Shown: in pieces, positions 60,773-64,000 of the stretch
Position numbering within the stretch: the stretch's first letter is position 1
Layout: each line of letters begins with the position of its first letter
Origin: Pseudotabrizicola sp.
GTDB lineage: Bacteria > Pseudomonadota > Alphaproteobacteria > Rhodobacterales > Rhodobacteraceae
Direction of reading: 5' to 3'
Assembly: GCF_030684215.1 (NCBI RefSeq)
Contig: NZ_JAUXOV010000073.1
Coordinates: 94,396-158,395, forward strand
Length of the DNA: 64,000 nt
The notes under the pieces: model-generated
The model's database searches: none
What the model saw: only the letters and a program-made list of their open reading frames with translations
What the model was told of the DNA's origin: nothing
Made by a program: the position numbers and the translations under genes

Positions 60773-62953
60773 TTATGCCGACGGGCCCTGTTTCAGATAG
60801 ACAGCCGACAGCGGCGGCAATGTGACAAGCGCCGACCATGGTCTGCCGTGACACTGCACCTCCTCGGCGGTGACACCGCCCAGATTGCCGCGATTGCCGC
60901 CGCCATAGGCCGCCGCGTCGGTGTTCAGCAACTCGGTCCACTGCCCGCCAGATGGCAGCCCCACGCGATACTGGCGGTCCACCGGGGTCATGTTGACCAG
61001 GGCCACCACCAACGGATCGCCCGCAGCGCCCTTGCGGACCCAGGCGTAGACGCTGGCCTCGGCATCATTGGATTCGATCCACTCAAACCCCTCGGGGCGG
61101 GTGTCATTGACATGCAGCGCAGGCGTCTCGCGGTACACCCGGTTCAGGTCGCGCACCAAGGCCTGCATCCCGGAATGTGCTGGGTTTTCAAGTTGATGCC
61201 AGTCAAGGCTTTGATTGTGGTTCCACTCCGCCCCTTGGGCAAATTCGCAGCCCATGAACAGCAGTTTCTTGCCCGGATGCGCCCACATGAACCCGTAATA
61301 CGCGCGCAGGTTGGCGAATTTTTCCGCACCAGATCCCGGCATTTTGGCCAGCATGCTGCCCTTGCCATGCACAACCTCGTCATGGCTGATCGGCAGGATA
61401 TAGTTTTCCGACCACGCATAATGCAGGCCAAAGGTCATCATGTGGTGGTGAAATCTTCGGTGGATCGGGTCTTTGTGCATGTAGGATAGGGTGTCGTTCA
61501 TCCAGCCCATATTCCACTTGAACCCGAACCCAAGCCCGCCATGGTTCACCGGGCGCGACACGCCCGGAAAGGCGGTGCTTTCCTCGGCCACCGTCATCAC
61601 GCCGAGGGATTCGCCGTAAGCCACAATGTTCATGCGTTGCAGCATTGCGATGGCTTCGTAATTCTCGCGACCGCCATCCCGGTTTGGCACCCATTCACCA
61701 TGTTTGCGGCTGTAATCGCGGTAGAGCATCGACGCGACTGCATCGACCCGCAAGCCGTCGATATGGAATTCCTCCAGCCAATACAGAGCGTTACTAACCA
61801 GAAAGTTCTGCACTTCCGTCCGGCCATAGTTGTAGATCAGCGTGTTCCAGTCGTTGTGAAATCCCTCGCGCGGATCAGCGTGTTCGTACAGCGGCGTACC
61901 GTCAAACTGCCCCAAACCATGTGCATCGGTCGGGAAATGCCCCGGCACCCAGTCAAGCAACACGCCAAGGCCCTTCTTGTGCGCGGCATCTATGAACGCG
62001 CGGAATTCGGGCGGCGTGCCATGGCGGATTGTGGGGGCAAACAGACCAACCGGCTGATAGCCCCAAGACCCGTCAAAGGGAAACTCTGACACCGGCATCA
62101 GCTCGATATGGGTAAATCCCATATCTGATGCATAATCAACGAGTTGCTCGGCGAGTTCAATGTAGCTTAGCATCCTGTCACCCGGCGCGCGCCGCCATGA
62201 TCCCAGATGCACCTCATACACGGAAATCGGCGCATCGATGTTTTGCCGGGTATGGCGGCTGGCCATCCATTCACTATCGGTAAACGTGCCCGAAATTGTC
62301 CTGACGACAGAGGCATTTGCGGGCGGATGTTCAGACCCGAAACCGACCGGATCAGCCTTGAGCGGCAGCGTTTGGCCGCCTTGTCCCCGGATCTCATACT
62401 TATAGGTCGCGCCTTCGCCCAGATCGGGCACAAAGGTTTCCCATACCCCCGTCGCGCCGCGCCTGCGCATCGGGTGGCGGCGGCCATCCCAAATGTTGAA
62501 ATCACCCACGACTGAGACCCGCTCGGCATTCGGCGCCCAGACCGCAAAATGCGTACCCGCCACACCGTCATGCGTGATCAGATGCGCACCCAGCACCTGC
62601 CACAGGCGCTGGTGCGTACCTTCGCCAAGCAAGTATTCATCCAACTCTCCCAGCACGGGACCAAAGCGGAACGGGTCTTCAAATTCCCATGTGGTGCCAT
62701 GGCCTGTGGCACGCAGCCGATAGGCCGCCTTGCGTGGCAAGGCGCACAGGAAAAGCCCCTGCCCCCAATGGGTTGCCTCAAGTTCCTGACCTGACTTTCC
62801 GGTCAGGACCGAAAGGGACTCGGCCCCAGGCACAAAGGCAGTGACCACCCATTTTCCGCCGCGCTTATGCGGGCCAAGCACCGAAAACGGATCGCCATGC
62901 CGCCCCTCGACAATGGCCCAGGCTTCACTTTCGTTGATCAGAGCGTCGGCCAT
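60773..62953 (-). CDS. glgB: 1,4-alpha-glucan branching enzyme
   Basis: Start at [59 protein letters not shown]. Confidence 0.95.
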   Translation of the reverse strand: MADALINESEAWAIVEGRHGDPFSVLGPHKRGGKWVVTAFVPGAESLSVLTGKSGQELEATHWGQGLFLCALPRKAAYRLRATGHGTTWEFEDPFRFGPVLGELDEYLLGEGTHQRLWQVLGAHLITHDGVAGTHFAVWAPNAERVSVVGDFNIWDGRRHPMRRRGATGVWETFVPDLGEGATYKYEIRGQGGQTLPLKADPVGFGSEHPPANASVVRTISGTFTDSEWMASRHTRQNIDAPISVYEVHLGSWRRAPGDRMLSYIELAEQLVDYASDMGFTHIELMPVSEFPFDGSWGYQPVGLFAPTIRHGTPPEFRAFIDAAHKKGLGVLLDWVPGHFPTDAHGLGQFDGTPLYEHADPREGFHNDWNTLIYNYGRTEVQNFLVSNALYWLEEFHIDGLRVDAVASMLYRDYSRKHGEWVPNRDGGRENYEAIAMLQRMNIVAYGESLGVMTVAEESTAFPGVSRPVNHGGLGFGFKWNMGWMNDTLSYMHKDPIHRRFHHHMMTFGLHYAWSENYILPISHDEVVHGKGSMLAKMPGSGAEKFANLRAYYGFMWAHPGKKLLFMGCEFAQGAEWNHNQSLDWHQLENPAHSGMQALVRDLNRVYRETPALHVNDTRPEGFEWIESNDAEASVYAWVRKGAAGDPLVVALVNMTPVDRQYRVGLPSGGQWTELLNTDAAAYGGGNRGNLGGVTAEEVQCHGRPWSALVTLPPLSAVYLKQGPSA

Positions 62954-62996
62954 GCTGTCTCCTCCCAAAGTCAGCGCGCCCGGACCGCCCCGGCGC

Positions 62997-64000
62997 TCAA
63001 AGCGCCGAGGTTACGTTCCAGACGTCATTCATATAGCTGCGGATCGTGCGGTCAGAGGAAAAGAACCCTGACCGCGCAGTGTTCAGGGCCGCCATCTTTA
63101 CCCAGTTATCGCGGTCGGCATAGGCGGTATCCACCTGCGCCTGCGCCACGTCATAGGCATCGAAATCGCTGGCCACGAGGAAGTAGTCGTGGTGCCAGAC
63201 GCGGTGAACCAGATCGTGGTAGCGGTCCTTTTCGCCGGGGCTGAAACGGCCCTCTGCAAGCATTTGCAGCACGTCTTGCAGGGTCTGGCTGGCCTCGATC
63301 GCCTTGCGGGCGTGGTCGGGGTCGCGGCGCCGGGCCATCGCCTCTTCCGTCGTCATACCGAACAGGAAGAAGTTTTCATCGCCAACCTCTTGCAAAATCT
63401 CGACATTCGCACCGTCCAGTGTGCCGATGGTCGGCGCGCCGTTGATCATGAATTTCATGTTTCCGGTGCCCGACGCTTCTTTCCCGGCGGTCGAGATCTG
63501 TTCCGACAGGTCCGCCGCAGGGATCAGCCGTTCGGCCATCGAGACATTGTAATTGGCGGGATAGACGATCTTCAACAGATCGCCCGTCACCGGGTCATTG
63601 TTAACAACAGTTGCCACATCATTGATAAGACGTATGATTTCCTTTGCCACCGCATAGCCGGGGGCCGCCTTGCCGCCAAAGATCTTGACGCGTGGCACCC
63701 ATTTGGCATTGGGGTTCTGGCGGATCGCCTCCCAATGGCCAATGGTTTGAAGAATGTTCAAAAGCTGGCGTTTGTATTCATGGATGCGCTTGATCTGCAC
63801 ATCAAACAACGCGTCCGGGCTTACGGTGATGTCTTCATGCGCGGCCAGCCAGTTCGACAGGGCCACCTTGTTGGCGCGCTTTGCCGCATCAAAGTCAGCG
63901 CGGAACGCTTTGGTTGCAATCGGTTTTTCCAGACCCTTCAGCAGATCAAGGTTGTCTTCCCAACCAGACCCGATGCTGTCAGTGATCAGCCCGGACAATG
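62997..64000 (-). CDS. glgP: Glycogen/maltodextrin phosphorylase, C-terminal part (5' end outside window)
   Basis: PLP-lysine site [30 protein letters not shown]. The ORF runs off the window edge. Confidence 0.93.
   Translation of the reverse strand, partial: LSGLITDSIGSGWEDNLDLLKGLEKPIATKAFRADFDAAKRANKVALSNWLAAHEDITVSPDALFDVQIKRIHEYKRQLLNILQTIGHWEAIRQNPNAKWVPRVKIFGGKAAPGYAVAKEIIRLINDVATVVNNDPVTGDLLKIVYPANYNVSMAERLIPAADLSEQISTAGKEASGTGNMKFMINGAPTIGTLDGANVEILQEVGDENFFLFGMTTEEAMARRRDPDHARKAIEASQTLQDVLQMLAEGRFSPGEKDRYHDLVHRVWHHDYFLVASDFDAYDVAQAQVDTAYADRDNWVKMAALNTARSGFFSSDRTIRSYMNDVWNVTSAL

Overview
High-GC (about 60-65% by eye and spot counts) chromosomal segment whose gene content and synteny point to an alphaproteobacterium, probably Rhodobacteraceae (inference). 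It is densely packed with about 60 recognisable housekeeping or metabolic genes. These include mfd and hemB. There is an alpha-glucoside uptake and hydrolysis cluster (aglR / aglEFGAK) followed by a GH1 beta-glucosidase and glk. Also present are cimA-like citramalate synthase, cysS, an ABC-F ATPase, a PotABC-like importer, a MocR regulator, rplM-rpsI, yceD-rpmF-plsX-fabH-ihfA-merR-tRNA-Pro(GGG) and dcd. A non-Pyl MttB-family methyltransferase and the glycogen operon glgP-glgB-glgC-glgA-glgX-pgm complete the list. I see no transposase, integrase, prophage, CRISPR array or recognisable defence genes, and I could not identify a convincing novel multi-gene system. The signal least explained by gene calls is a dispersed family of intergenic repeats at 8 loci (about a dozen units). 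One subtype is a roughly 99-bp near-perfect palindrome built on CTCCGGCGGGAGTAT..GCAGCAA. Another is a GC hairpin plus a 27-nt identical AT-rich box ending in AAAATG, which abuts the cimA and glgA start codons and lies about 75 nt upstream of the ABC-F start. Other observations: an entericidin-like 41-aa lipoprotein gene below the ORF-track cutoff; an ABC importer with no binding-protein gene, next to a low-GC, separately terminated 84-aa orphan gene; a MocR / DUF1127 divergent pair with phased TTGTATC repeats; a sharp low-GC patch inside the 3' part of cysS; and an NDUFAF6-like SQS/PSY-family protein translationally coupled to a methyltransferase and cimA. All functional calls rest on motifs I recognise by eye, with no database search. 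Start codons were chosen by N-terminal plausibility and are less certain than stops. Many long ORFs in the track are antisense artefacts of high GC.
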